A stretch of DNA of 52,185 nucleotides, the filler included, from Stramenopiles sp. TOSAG23-3 (lineage: Eukaryota), in NCBI GenBank assembly GCA_900128585.1. It is 4 parts of 4 records of this genome, joined end to end, with 100 filler letters (N's around TTAATTAATTAA, not from the genome) between each part and the next. Parts side by side here need not be neighbours in the genome. Positions count along the whole stretch, not along the records: positions 1 to 23,960 come from LT642312.1; positions 24,061 to 47,954 come from LT642313.1; 2 more parts are not named here. The stretch is one strand, 5' to 3'. Made by a program: the position numbers and the translations under genes. Below are positions 20,501-31,929 of the stretch, in pieces. Position 1 is the stretch's first letter; each line of letters opens with the position of its first letter. Below the pieces are notes generated by a model. It did no database searches, was not told the origin of the DNA, and saw only the letters and a program-made list of their open reading frames with translations.

Positions 20501-23500
20501 TTTTGAGCCGCCACTCCGCGACAGCTCACCCTGGTGTACGCCCCTTTGTTTTCCCTGCTGGGTTTGAAAAGGTCTACCTGATTAGGCCACTCTGTGTAGA
20601 GTTTCCAGTCTTTGCCAGGTTTCTTCTGGTCAAAGTTTTTATTTTCTTTATACACGCCCATTTGTACACGATAAGACGGAGTTCGTTCTCCCGAAACCGA
20701 TTTAATGTTCACTTCCGTATCGCTTTCAACGCGACGCTCCCATACAATGTCAGACGCACCATTTGTCGATGAAACTGTAAAACGCCACTTAAGGTCCAGT
20801 ACCCCCCGTTTGTTTGATGGAAATGGCCTTATCAGTCCTTTTACACCGCACTCCCTAGATCCGAACTTCAGAGCTCCCACAAATATCCGCAAATCTGCAA
20901 TTGGTTTCCCATCGGCATTGCGCGCCACGTATACGCATTTCCACCTAGTCCGCTCGCGTTCAATGGCCTTCAACATAAATATATATTTTTCTGATTTCCC
21001 TGAACTTTCGTCTTCTGATTCCTGCAGCGACCTTTCAAACATTAAAGCAGGCTCTACGAACGACCAGAGCTTCTGTTCAAATTCTATCGGATCCATATAC
21101 ATTCCTTCAAGTGGTTCTATTCTATGGCAGGACAAATCAACTTGAGTATTGCAGCAGGAGCGACATATAGACAGGTTGCAGTCTTTGCACCAAAAGATTG
21201 CTTCTTCAGATTTCCCCCCACTTGTCTCGCAGACGCAAAGAATGCTAGAATGCAACGCTTCATTGGAAAGTTTGGCTAGATTACGAGCCATTATTTTCAG
21301 TTTACCTTTATTGACCGCGCTGTGTTCATTTTCATCGGAAACAGGCACGTCTGCTATCGATCGAACGGCGAACTGCTGTTCCACAGGTTCGGGAACATTG
21401 TATTCCGGGTTTGATTTTCTTTCACGAGCAAATTGTTTCACGCAAAGAGTGGCGAGCATTGCAGCAGACACGACAGTCAGGGACATAGCATTCCCTGCTA
21501 AATCCGAGAGTTGAACCTCACTTTCTTGTCCTAGCTGCAGTCTGTCAACAGGGATACCTTGAAAAAGGAGCTTTTCTGTGCCAGTCAACGTTCGGCCTAG
21601 ATGGGGCAAAAAGCTCCATCCTCCTGGCGTTAAGCACCCTGCAATACCTGGGGTTGCGCTTTTTAGGGATGCCATGTGAACATTTTGGCTAATATCCCAA
21701 AAGAATCCGTTGTGCAATGCATCTCGGGGCGGCATCAAATTTGCAGACGCACCAGCAAATATATCAAGCATATCACGCTTCCTTTGCTCACACATATCTA
21801 ACAATTCGGGCCAAGCATTATACATGATATGGGACATTTTCCCGTCTTTGCCCCAGTTCGTCCACGGTCTTGCATCTGCATTAAGCATATATTTCTTTTG
21901 CTTACCGTATTTTCCTTTCCCCGAACGAACTTGAGTAGCATAATTCCAGTTTTTACTGATCCCAAGAGCGTAGTTGTTTGCCCTCGCTTTGGCATGCTTC
22001 GTTTTCGCCCCGACAGGTCCACGGAGTACCTCTCTGAAACGCCTTACTCGCGCATCGGTTGACTTTGGAAGAAAAGAAGTAAGGGAATACACTACAGGAT
22101 CTTGAAGAATTTCCATCAACTCAACCCAAAGTTCTCCAATATCCTGCCCAGCAAATTCTTCCTCAAATTCTTCCGGTTTGTAGACGAACATGTACTTTCT
22201 CTGGCGCACCTGGGGTAAACCGTAATGATTTGTTACGACCTTTTCAAACCGGCATCGATATTGCACAGGAGTTTCAAATGTTATTTCGTCTTCCGCAATG
22301 TTCAATTCCAAAATATCAGCCAGACCAGTCAGTCCTACCACAGTTCCTTCCGGGCGAAGGTGGCGCGGTTTCAGGGGGAACCGTTTTTGCTCCTCGTACC
22401 CTTTGGCGTAGCCATTGACTACAGCCCCAAGTCTGACTCCAAGTTTGCATTTTATTTCTAACTCATCAACAGTCCATTTACCATCAATTACCTTAAAGAA
22501 GATTTCTTCCTTGAGTTGGATTCCATTGTCGCCTTCATCGTCAGCATCATCACCGTCGTCGTCAGCGGTAGTACCCCCCTTTTTCCCAGCGCTTGCTTTC
22601 AAAAGCATTCCCCAAAGTGGCAAGCGGCCTTCTATGTAGTGTTGCATCTGAAGCCACGGAGCACCTAGCACGTTCTCAAATATCGCAAATTTAGGTTTTC
22701 GTTGGTATAGAAAATTAATCACGGCGCAAAAAGTTTCCCCACTTTTCCCCTTATTTTCCAAGTGGTCTTTTTTATTGGACGTGCGAAGTCCGCTGAAATC
22801 TTTGCAGACTGTTCCAGCGACAAACAAGTCACCATCTGGAACCTTTGCTTTGCCCCCAAAAGCAGTTGGTGCTTCTCTACTTTCGTTCGCCAAGTCGGCA
22901 ACATCCGCAAACAATTTTACACCTTCAAAATTTCTGGCAAGGTATGCCTGTTTGAAAGGCTCTATTTCGCAAGACATGACGTGCTTTACGTTCAAATCAA
23001 AACCATCCAATTGTTCATACATTTCGGAAAACATTTGGCACGCGATAGCGGGAGCGTCTGTACCACTGCATGCTGTCTGAAGACGGAGAGGGGCAGGAAA
23101 ATCGCCATGTTTGAGGGCGTTTTTAATCAGAGGGAGCATTTTCACTGCTTGCTTTTTCAAGACTTCCACTGGCGCCAAATTAATATCCCCCTCCATTAAA
23201 CACGGGTCAAAGAATTTTTTTCCACCTTTGCCTTTTGCAACATCTGTGGTACCCCTCTGAGTTGCGATCCACTTTTCCCTTGCCTTCATCCGAATATTTC
23301 TTTTTTTTGTCGCCTCTGATGTTTCCTTGTCCTTTCGCTTCCGCACGTACTTTCGTGTCTCTTCTGAAACAGTTCTTGCACTGGTGCTGGCATCGGCACC
23401 TGCACGATCATTGTTTCGTGGTGCCTTCTTCTTCTTTTTCTTCTTCTTCCGATTTTCTTCTTCTTCTTCATACTCGGAGTCGTCATCGTCGTCTTCTTCT

Positions 23501-23960
23501 TCTTCTTCGACTACTTCTTCATAATCGTCGTCATCATCGTCATCCCCGGCGTTTTCTTCCAATACATATTCTTCTTCCGATTCCTGCTCTGAACTTTCGT
23601 CTTCTGATTGCTCTTCTTCTGATTCCTGTTCTGAACTTTCCTCTTCGCTCTCTTTTGTCGAACGTTGTTGCGCTACTCTTCGGCGGAGTTTACTTCTCTG
23701 CACAACTCGACGCCGTTTAGCCAGCACCTTTTTTCGAGATTTAAAAAGTATCTCTTCGTCTTTTACTTTTTGATCCCAATCTTCTGCGGGAAATACCTCG
23801 TGGGATCCACCTTTTCGAAAACGCACTTTATAACCACAGGGTATGTTTGCTCTTCCATCCCAATTTTTTGCACACCCACGGCAATCACAAGACGGCGATT
23901 CACCTGGTAAGTTCATTACTTGAGCCTCATACCAGCCATCGCTGTCGTACTCTATACGAA
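17569..23960 (-). CDS. DNMT5: DNMT5-family C5 cytosine methyltransferase fused to a SNF2 ATPase; 5' end lost in gap
   Basis: MTase motifs TACSGTDAP, SCEIEPFKQAYLARNF, AGTVCKDFS, FENV, YGLPQVRQR, LAGNAMS; Cys cluster CVCE..CKDC..CRSCC..H; SNF2 motifs GDVMGGGKT, WERVVFDECHE, GLTGTP, QAIGRVFRSGQ; frame stays open from 23916 to the gap. Confidence 0.9.
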
Positions 23961-24060
23961 NNNNNNNNNNNNNNNNNNNNNNNNNNNNNNNNNNNNNNNN
24001 NNNNTTAATTAATTAANNNNNNNNNNNNNNNNNNNNNNNNNNNNNNNNNNNNNNNNNNNN
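23961..24060. other. Artificial contig join (N44-TTAATTAATTAA-N44); same at 47955-48054 and 50074-50173
   Basis: Identical 100-nt construct three times; the linker gives stop codons in all six frames. Confidence 0.95.
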
Positions 24061-24061
24061 A

Positions 24062-26734
24062 TCCCACGCCTTCTACGGGTACGATTCGAGCAGCAATACG
24101 CACAGCGCCAACAAATACGTAAGCCCAACGACCTGCGCTTCCAACCCATGCACTGTAGCACCCTTTACGGGATCGTGCTCGGCGAGAAGCAACACTTTGT
24201 ATGGGGTGCTTTGCAATTGCTCGGCCGGAACATACAGTGACCGGCCGGATATTCCAAAGTGCACTCCCTGTACCCCCGGAACCTACGGCCCCACACCCGA
24301 TGCAACACAGTGCCTCCCGTGCCCCGCCGGAGAAATAACGGCAACGAAAGGCCTCGCCGAATGCGCCGCTTGCCCTGCAAGAACATTTTCAAACCCAACA
24401 CAGACAGCATGCACACCCTGCACCGCCGGAACCTACAACCCCAACCCAGGCGCAGCCCAGTGCCTCCCATGCCCCGCCGGCGAAATCACGGCAACGGAAG
24501 GCCTTCCTCAATGCACTCCCTGCACCGCCGGGACATTTGGACCGGGGGAGGGCGCCCGTGACAAATGCTTGATTTGCAGAGCTGGAACATTTTCCGACTC
24601 CCCTGGAGCCGACTTTTGCACCGACTGTCCCCCAGGGCGATATCTAGCGGACGATGGGACAGACGGCAGCTTGCACAATAGCATCGCCACTTGCCAACCA
24701 TGCCAAAAGCCAGAATATTGCTTAGCAAGAAACCGCTGCGCCCCCAACAGGGAAGGTCTTGGTTGTGCCATGTGCCAAGAAAACTTCTTCGTGGCACCGT
24801 CTGGGTTTGAGTGTGTGCCGTGCCCGGGTCCAGAGAGTGATATTCTGGTCGGAATTTCGCTGCTCGTTGCGGTTTGTTTTGTGTTGTACTTTCTGCACGA
24901 TCTTTTTGACAAAAGTGAATCGGATAGGGACAAACTTTACCAAAAGAAAAAGCAAAACACGTGTGCAGACAAAGATCGTTCCGTCGAAATTTCAGGGTAC
25001 AACAGTGCTGGAAAGAGAATCAGGCGACGGTCTAGTGTTGCACAGACTGGGAATGTGCATGGGATACCAATGAGCACCCGCACGAGCATAATTGCAAAAA
25101 CGGCCAGTGTTCTCTTTTCCCACTTTGTGATTCTTAACTTTTTTGTCAGTGTTCTCTTTTCCCACTTTGTGATTCTTAACTTTTTTGTGCCATCGATTCC
25201 GCTGTTGTACTTGCCAGAACGGTTTGTAATGATGATAAAGCTGGTAGTGAATTTTGTCACGATTGATATCATACGACTGGCAACTTCCCCGGATTGCCAG
25301 TTTCGATTTACCGTTTTACAAAAGTACATCATAACAAGCAGTTTGCCAGTACTGCTGCTGTTAGTATGCGCAGCCTGGTGGGCCTGTGCCCGGCATGCTA
25401 CGAAGATTCAAAACCGCAAGCGAGCCGTCTCAAAACCGTTTGAGCCACGCCCGATTTATGCAACCATTTTCCTTGTCTCCCTCTCGTTTCTTTACCCTGT
25501 CATGTTCTACCGAACAATCGTGGCGTGGGACTGCACTACCAATAATGCTGAGAAGCGCACTACTTTGGACGCTGACCCATCCATTGTCTGCTCAACCGGA
25601 AACGATAAGTGGGTGCCATTACTTCTTCTTTCTGTCATATTGTTCGTTTTGTACACAGTAACCCCGGCGGTGGCATTCTTGATGAAAGTGTTGGGGTGGA
25701 GGGTGTACTGCAAACGCACGAAAACATCGGCACCAGGCTGCTGCAAAGTATCCCCTACCATGCAATTTCCACAATGGCTGGATGATCGAAGTTGCCCAAA
25801 ATTTGACCCGGGAACTGGGCCCTGTCACGGCACTGAATGCTACCATTGCACAATGAGAAAAGTGTTTGGGTACATGTTTGAAAAGTACCGCAAACGCCAT
25901 TTTGCATGGGAACTCCTCATTCTGTCGCGTAAAATGTTTATCGCAGGAACAACACTTTTTTTATCCACTCGGTTCCGGCTGCGTTTGCCGGCAGAAATAT
26001 TGTGCAACTTCCTGTACTTATTTTGCCTTGTGCGGTACCTTCCTTACTTGACGGACCACGAGGTAGATATGCGGCGAGAATCGCTGAATGATTACGAGGA
26101 TGAGGACCGATACGTGTGTACAAGCTGCATGGCGTGTTGCAAAGGAATCGCAAGTTTGAAAACAATTCGGTCTATGAAAGAACTGAACCGCCGGCTAGAT
26201 CGGTTTGGGGTCAACAACATGCTGGATTCCCTACTGACGGCGTCGGAGATTTTCCTCGGGGTCTCAGGGTTAGGGACATTGCTCCTTGCGGACGAGATTG
26301 AAACCTCGGGTTTGAACCGGAACGTAATACAGGGTCGTCCGAACAATAGCACCCTTGCCAATGTCACATCTGTTTCAACAGAGTACTTTAAGATTGACAG
26401 TGTAGCAATGGCAAAGCATTTTCCCATGCCACATGCCATTGTTGGGATTTTTGAGTGGCTGGGAGGGGTTTGTTTAATGGTAGGGCTTCTTTACTTTCTT
26501 TTTCTTCTGTGGGGGTTTGTGAAAGAAATGGGGGCAGAAAAGTGTGGTAAAGCGTGCCGTATGAAAGGGCGCGGGAAGGGGAAGAAAGGGGGCGATGGTG
26601 TAGAAATGGCAAGAGCTTCTGGCAGCTGGAAGCAGCAAGCCCATTGTTTCACAAACCCATTGTTTCAACCCAAAACCATTTCGAAGAAAGAAGACCAAAC
26701 ACCACAGTTGAGATCAGTTCGCAGTACCACATGA
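24062..26734 (+). CDS. Cys-rich (GCC2/GCC3, ephrin-receptor-like) repeat ectodomain plus multi-pass membrane domain; 5' truncated by gap
   Basis: Tandem CxxCxAGTY/F repeats at ~24210-24650; TM helices with CTT..LDADPSIVC and YRKRHFAWELLILSRK motifs typical of protist Cys-rich multi-TM proteins; frame open back to 24062. Confidence 0.8.
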   Translation, partial: SHAFYGYDSSSNTHSANKYVSPTTCASNPCTVAPFTGSCSARSNTLYGVLCNCSAGTYSDRPDIPKCTPCTPGTYGPTPDATQCLPCPAGEITATKGLAECAACPARTFSNPTQTACTPCTAGTYNPNPGAAQCLPCPAGEITATEGLPQCTPCTAGTFGPGEGARDKCLICRAGTFSDSPGADFCTDCPPGRYLADDGTDGSLHNSIATCQPCQKPEYCLARNRCAPNREGLGCAMCQENFFVAPSGFECVPCPGPESDILVGISLLVAVCFVLYFLHDLFDKSESDRDKLYQKKKQNTCADKDRSVEISGYNSAGKRIRRRSSVAQTGNVHGIPMSTRTSIIAKTASVLFSHFVILNFFVSVLFSHFVILNFFVPSIPLLYLPERFVMMIKLVVNFVTIDIIRLATSPDCQFRFTVLQKYIITSSLPVLLLLVCAAWWACARHATKIQNRKRAVSKPFEPRPIYATIFLVSLSFLYPVMFYRTIVAWDCTTNNAEKRTTLDADPSIVCSTGNDKWVPLLLLSVILFVLYTVTPAVAFLMKVLGWRVYCKRTKTSAPGCCKVSPTMQFPQWLDDRSCPKFDPGTGPCHGTECYHCTMRKVFGYMFEKYRKRHFAWELLILSRKMFIAGTTLFLSTRFRLRLPAEILCNFLYLFCLVRYLPYLTDHEVDMRRESLNDYEDEDRYVCTSCMACCKGIASLKTIRSMKELNRRLDRFGVNNMLDSLLTASEIFLGVSGLGTLLLADEIETSGLNRNVIQGRPNNSTLANVTSVSTEYFKIDSVAMAKHFPMPHAIVGIFEWLGGVCLMVGLLYFLFLLWGFVKEMGAEKCGKACRMKGRGKGKKGGDGVEMARASGSWKQQAHCFTNPLFQPKTISKKEDQTPQLRSVRSTT
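25105..25188 (+). repeat. Perfect 42-nt tandem duplication (SVLFSHFVILNFFV x2)
   Basis: Units 25105-25146 and 25147-25188 are identical. Confidence 0.95.
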
Positions 26735-26830
26735 AGGAATGTAAACCTCTAATGGACGGTACCCCAGGTACGGTATAATATGAGGAAGCAGCTGAATTTT
26801 AATTTACCATCAGCCAATTTTCTTGTTTTT
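26711..26830 (+). repeat. Dispersed repeat family A copy overlapping the stop codon of the Cys-rich gene
   Basis: AGTTCGCAGTAC..ATGAAGGAATGTAAACCT matches 51143-51175; ends CAGCCAATTTTCTTGTTTTT. Confidence 0.8.
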
Positions 26831-26869
26831 AAAACAGTACATCTCTAGAGAGTGTTTAATTTTTTTATT

Positions 26870-28048
26870 TCATTTCTCCTCCTGCACAACGGCGACATGG
26901 GATGCCGTCAAGGACACCCCTTGGCCGTCCTCTTCGTCTTCTACTGTCCTTTTCTTTCCCGCTCGGCTACAGGCGGGCACAACGGGTAGCCCCGCACGCA
27001 ATCTCACCGTCCCGTACAGTCCCAAACCAGCGACTGCCAGATTTAACAGCCATGATAGAATGGATGGCAAGTGACTTGTAAGGAGAACAACAATGGACCA
27101 CGTGATTATGTAACTGACGGCTGCGGCGGACGGTGCAGTTGCTCCGACCCGGGCATAAATCCCCAACGGCGGGGCGACACCAAATAGCAACGCGCACAAA
27201 ATGTCCACCCAGTACGTAACCCCATCAACCTGGTGCGTCGCTGCAATTTGGATGACAAAGAACACGCCGGCCAAACAATAGTAAACCGCGGCAGTGGTCG
27301 GGGCAAAGTATATGTATTTCATGTTCAATTCTTGCATTTTGAAAGTTCGTACAAACCACCTCTGTACAGACATATCCAAGGGTATCAAGACTGCAGCAAA
27401 ATAAAGCAACCCGGACAGTATTAAGTGCACGTACACGGCTGCAGAAAACCCTGCATCGAACTTCGTCAAAATGTACAACACCCAGAAAAAATAAACCAGG
27501 ACAGCAAGTGCGGACCCTTTCCCCCGAGCGCTACTGATGCCCCCCCCGTCAGGATCAGAGCCGTGGTCGTCGGAGTCCACGGGTTGGGAGCGACGGAGCA
27601 AGTACAGCCCTGCCCCCACAGTCGTCGGTATGAGAGCCCAGACGATGTCGAACGTTGGCCCCCCGACGCTTTGAACGATGGCTCCAATAGATGCGCCCCA
27701 TGGTGCCAACATAATAGCAACAATCGTCCACAGCGAATCGCAGCTGCTGGCGCTTACGAGCCAGACCACTTCGGCCCTTCTCACCAAGTGAACACTCAAA
27801 CCGATCCAAAGTGTTAAGACAACAAAAGCATAAATCGTGAACCCAAGGCTATCCATAGCAGTCATGCTAGCGATTGCGGCAAGCAAACCAAAGATGGCAA
27901 TGTTTACCGTGATCAACCCAGCCCATATTATTGTAGTTAAATCTTCTTTGCGAGCGGCCATGCTCGCCTGGACCTCATTATAAGTCGTCCCCGGCGCCCA
28001 TAGGTTATCCTTTTCCAAGTGCTTGAACACTTCCAGGCTGACGGACAT
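26870..28048 (-). CDS. Multi-pass membrane protein of unknown function
   Basis: 392-aa ATG ORF, roughly ten hydrophobic segments, no recognised motif. Confidence 0.7.
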   Translation of the reverse strand: MSVSLEVFKHLEKDNLWAPGTTYNEVQASMAARKEDLTTIIWAGLITVNIAIFGLLAAIASMTAMDSLGFTIYAFVVLTLWIGLSVHLVRRAEVVWLVSASSCDSLWTIVAIMLAPWGASIGAIVQSVGGPTFDIVWALIPTTVGAGLYLLRRSQPVDSDDHGSDPDGGGISSARGKGSALAVLVYFFWVLYILTKFDAGFSAAVYVHLILSGLLYFAAVLIPLDMSVQRWFVRTFKMQELNMKYIYFAPTTAAVYYCLAGVFFVIQIAATHQVDGVTYWVDILCALLFGVAPPLGIYARVGATAPSAAAVSYIITWSIVVLLTSHLPSILSWLLNLAVAGLGLYGTVRLRAGLPVVPACSRAGKKRTVEDEEDGQGVSLTASHVAVVQEEK

Positions 28049-28836
28049 TTTTTTGGTCTTCTAGTGTATATAGTAATCAGTTCACAGTATCAATGCAAAT
28101 TCGTTCTGTTTGTTCATAACCATGTACTTCGCTGATTAAAATCCACATAGACACCCACATTAATTTTATTAATCTTATATTTATTTAGTAAATACATTTT
28201 ATTTCTTTTGTGTTTGCGAACTGAGTAACCATTTGAAATAATACAACAAACAATTGGTTCTTCTTCTTCTTTCTTCGGCGGCGGCGGCGGTGGTATTATT
28301 TTATCTCATTGTATTTCTACCTTATTATTTATTCTTTTATTTTAATATTTTTTTAATTTACCCTCTTCTTCTTTCTTCTTCTTTTTTCTTCTTCTTTTTT
28401 TTTCCTTCTTCTTTCTTCTTTCTTCTTTTTGTTCTACCCGACGACTCACTATTTTTTTAATTTTTAATATTTTACATTATTTTATATAGACACAGCAAGG
28501 AATAATATAGAAGTGGTTGTAAGAAGAAAAGATAATAATAATAAAAAATAAAAGAAAGAAAAAAGAAAGAAGAAAGAAGAAGATTATTTGTTGTTTTTTT
28601 TAATTTTATTATTATAATAAGAAGAACCGGACCAGACCGGACGAGATAAAAATATTGTTTACAAGTTGTTTTCATTACAGTTTAAACAGTACATACGTAC
28701 AGAAGAAATTAATACGTCAGAAAGTCACTGCGATAACATTACCTTCCCGCACATACAGGTTTGGTTGATCAGTCTATTGATTGAATTTTATGAACAAGGT
28801 ACATAGATTGTACGTAGCGCACAGTATTTTCTACGT

Positions 28837-30633
28837 ATGGAAGGGTCCCTTAGTCGGTCGTCCCGCGGTTGTCCAAGGGGGGGGTTGGAGCTGTGCAACG
28901 CATTTTTTGTGACGGTTGCGACGATTCTTGGGACTGGTATCCTGGCCCTTCCCGTGGAATTATCGGAATCGGGGTTTTGGCCATTCGTGGTGACATTTTT
29001 CGTGTGCTTTCTCATGCAACTTGCCGTCGTGTTGCTTGCGGTAGAACTTTTGCAACACGCGCACATATCCATGGGAAGAAGTCAGAGCAACACGCAGGAA
29101 AACATTTTTGAGACCCTAAATTTTGACGGTTTTTCAGACGCGCAGATGCCCGACCTGCATCGCATGGGGAGAATGTTTTTGGAAAAGAAATGGATGGCTC
29201 AAGCATTTGACACGGCAGTGGTCATCCATTTTGGTGCGGTCCTGATTTCGTACACGTTGGCCGGAGCGCAGGCTTACGGCAACTTGTTCGCACTGGACGA
29301 TTTTCGAGTGTTGATTGTCCCGTTTTGTGTGGTGTACACGTCTTTCATCGTCTTCTGTGGCAACTCGGTGCGGCCTGTGATCTCGTTTCTGACCGTTTGC
29401 AAGTGCGCCGCCCTGGTCGCTGTTATCGCGGCGGTGGAAGTGATAGGGCATTTGGTCGACATTCAGCAAACAGACAACTTCGCCCATGCCATGGAGCCGT
29501 TTCTCATGGGCACTTTCGCGCTCGGGGGGGTAGTAAATTTGATGCCAGTCGTCTACGCAAAGCTTCCCTTCATCGGCGGGAAGCTGCTGTCCGAGCAACA
29601 AAAACAGTACGCCAAGGCGCAAAACGGTTTACTGCTGTCCCGTTTCCGCCTGTCCATATGTTTGGGGGTTGCGTTTTGTTTTGTGTTGAACATTCTGTGG
29701 TGCGCATTTGTGCTCGAGGTTGTTCCACAGACGGAGGCGGCATCTGAAGCGCACTCGACTCCTGAATGGCTCGTTGGAAAAAACATTTCACTGGCACGGA
29801 GCATGGCCATGGGGGAAATTAGCACGATTCCGGTCATCAAGGTCATTGAGATGAATTACCCGTCGTACAAATGGGTCGTGGTGTTCATCAACATGTTCGT
29901 TATCATTTCCGTGACGGTGTCGTACCTGACGCTTGGGACTGGGTTGAAGCACATGCTCGACGGGATCTCCCTTCACTTGGAGCAGGGCCACCAGCGGCAG
30001 GACGACAATGTGGAGCTCCGGGGCGAGTCCGTGGAAAAAATGAACGAATTTCATAAATCCGAGGAAATGTTGGTTGGTAAGAACGACGAGTACGACGCGA
30101 TATTTCGCTCTGTTGGAGGGGAAGAGATGCTAGGAGAATCGTCCACCGCTGCCCGAAAGCTGCGTAGGACCAAGTATGCTCTGTACTTGCTTGGGTTTGG
30201 CCTAATCTTGGCCGTGGCACTGCTCAACCCGCAAGGCTTCATTGTGCTGTTATCGGTGTTTGGAAGTTTTGCGTTGAACATTGAATGCGGGGTTTTTGTC
30301 GCTTTGATGGCACGGGCGGTGCGAACAAATGGGGCATTCTCAAGGCAGAATGTGCCCTGTTCCCTTGGGGCGCATGGGTCCCTTCTGGAGAGGCTGGAGA
30401 TCTTCTCAACGTGGTCGTTCTCTTTTGCCATTTGCTACGACTTTGTCACCGCCGGGGAGAAATTTGGGATGTCCGCAGGCATTTGGCTCTCTATTTCTCT
30501 GCCCATTCTGTTCCTTGTGCTGGGCATGTTGTTTCGATCGAAGATTGTGGAAATGTGCCGAAGGAACCAGGGGCTTCCGTCTTATCCTGGAAGTGCAGGG
30601 AACAGCCCGTACACGAAAGTGGAGGACGGGTAA
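28837..30633 (+). CDS. Amino-acid permease (APC superfamily; Aa_trans / Trp-Tyr permease-like)
   Basis: TM1 motif VATILGTGILALP, SGFWP, many TM helices, TVSYLTLGTGL. Confidence 0.85.
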   Translation: MEGSLSRSSRGCPRGGLELCNAFFVTVATILGTGILALPVELSESGFWPFVVTFFVCFLMQLAVVLLAVELLQHAHISMGRSQSNTQENIFETLNFDGFSDAQMPDLHRMGRMFLEKKWMAQAFDTAVVIHFGAVLISYTLAGAQAYGNLFALDDFRVLIVPFCVVYTSFIVFCGNSVRPVISFLTVCKCAALVAVIAAVEVIGHLVDIQQTDNFAHAMEPFLMGTFALGGVVNLMPVVYAKLPFIGGKLLSEQQKQYAKAQNGLLLSRFRLSICLGVAFCFVLNILWCAFVLEVVPQTEAASEAHSTPEWLVGKNISLARSMAMGEISTIPVIKVIEMNYPSYKWVVVFINMFVIISVTVSYLTLGTGLKHMLDGISLHLEQGHQRQDDNVELRGESVEKMNEFHKSEEMLVGKNDEYDAIFRSVGGEEMLGESSTAARKLRRTKYALYLLGFGLILAVALLNPQGFIVLLSVFGSFALNIECGVFVALMARAVRTNGAFSRQNVPCSLGAHGSLLERLEIFSTWSFSFAICYDFVTAGEKFGMSAGIWLSISLPILFLVLGMLFRSKIVEMCRRNQGLPSYPGSAGNSPYTKVEDG

Positions 30634-31092
30634 GGTGTGCGCACAGATTACTGACACATATGTACTATTCTGCGTGTTTGGCAATGATGAGGAAGTACTT
30701 TGTACTCTAAATGCTTACAGGTAAATTAACGAGATGTTACGCGGCTGTAAGTATCATAAGATAGAAAGTTTTTTTTTCAAAAAGAAGCTTGACGCATCAT
30801 TGTATTTTTTTAAATTTTTAAAAAGTAACACGCAACGGTCGACCAACGCGGTCGGCTTCCAGTGCCTTTTCCACTAAAGTCTATATGGCCGGGACTCGCC
30901 TGTGAAAATATTTTTGCGGGAGTACAAAAACAAAAATATTTCCTCTTCGTTCTCCTAAATCCGCCTCCCAGCTGGATACTGTCCATATCGACACCTAAGG
31001 AATCACCCTCGTGTGCAAAAGGTTTTTGGGGCCAACAACGCCTGCCTCTCTTTCAAGACGTTCTCCCGAGTACCTCAGCGCTGACGGCGCAT

Positions 31093-31929
31093 CTAGTACC
31101 TTTCACGGCGGCCTTCACTCTTGCCGGAGTCAAGTTGCTTGACCTTGGCGGTGAAGAAGTCGCTGTGAACTTGGAACGGGGACTCACCCAATGGTTTGTC
31201 TTCCCACAAGTCCGGGGACAAGTATTGGTAGGTCTTCCTCAAGGCGTAGAAGATGGCCTTGATGAAGTTACCAGTGGTACGGGAGTGCCCAACGGTTCCG
31301 GAGTAGCAATCTTGTACACCAGCCATGTTCAAAAGTTTCTTTGAGGCCGGGGCGCAAACAAGACCGGTACCACGGGGGGCCGGGATCAATCGTACGCGTA
31401 CGGAACCACACTTGGCACTGACCTTGCAGGGAACGGTGTGTGGGGCACCGATACGGGAACCCCAGTACCCACGGCGGATAGGGGCGATCGCAAGCTTGGC
31501 GGCGATGATGGCACCACGGATGGCGTCGGCGACTTCTTTGCCGACCTTCATGCCAAGACCCAAGTGGCCATCGCCATCACCAACGGCAACGAACGCTTGG
31601 AAACGTGTGCGCTGACCGGCGGTGGTCTGCTTTTGTACTGGCATGATTTGCATGACTTCGTCCAACATCTTTTCCTTGATGAAGTAGTCCACGATTTGGT
31701 ACTCCTTGACTGGGATGCTAAACAAAAAGATCTCTTCAAGCGACTTGATCTTTTTGGCTTTCACTAGGCGTCCTAGCTTGGTGACTGGGATCCATTCGTC
31801 ACGGTCACCACCGTCACGGCCACGGCCACGGCCACGACCACGACCGCGTCCACGGCCACGGCCACGTCCACGTCCACGTCCACGGCCAAATCCGCCACGT
31901 TCTCCACCTCTTGGTGCTTCTTCTGCCAT
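31093..31929 (-). CDS. RPS2: 40S ribosomal protein S2 (uS5)
   Basis: RG-repeat N-terminus, [49 protein letters not shown]. Confidence 0.98.
   Translation of the reverse strand: MAEEAPRGGERGGFGRGRGRGRGRGRGRGRGRGRGRGRDGGDRDEWIPVTKLGRLVKAKKIKSLEEIFLFSIPVKEYQIVDYFIKEKMLDEVMQIMPVQKQTTAGQRTRFQAFVAVGDGDGHLGLGMKVGKEVADAIRGAIIAAKLAIAPIRRGYWGSRIGAPHTVPCKVSAKCGSVRVRLIPAPRGTGLVCAPASKKLLNMAGVQDCYSGTVGHSRTTGNFIKAIFYALRKTYQYLSPDLWEDKPLGESPFQVHSDFFTAKVKQLDSGKSEGRRERY

Noticed and set aside
17569-23960. MTase + helicase read as a bacterial restriction/defence system or viral gene
   Set aside because: Motifs are diagnostic of eukaryotic DNMT5; no nuclease or viral neighbours
24005-24016. Palindromic TTAATTAATTAA repeated at 24005, 47999 and 50118
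   Set aside because: Always centred in 44+44 N; an artificial six-frame stop linker, not biology
31816-31888. Hexamer repeat inside RPS2
   Set aside because: Encodes the normal RG-rich N-terminus of uS5
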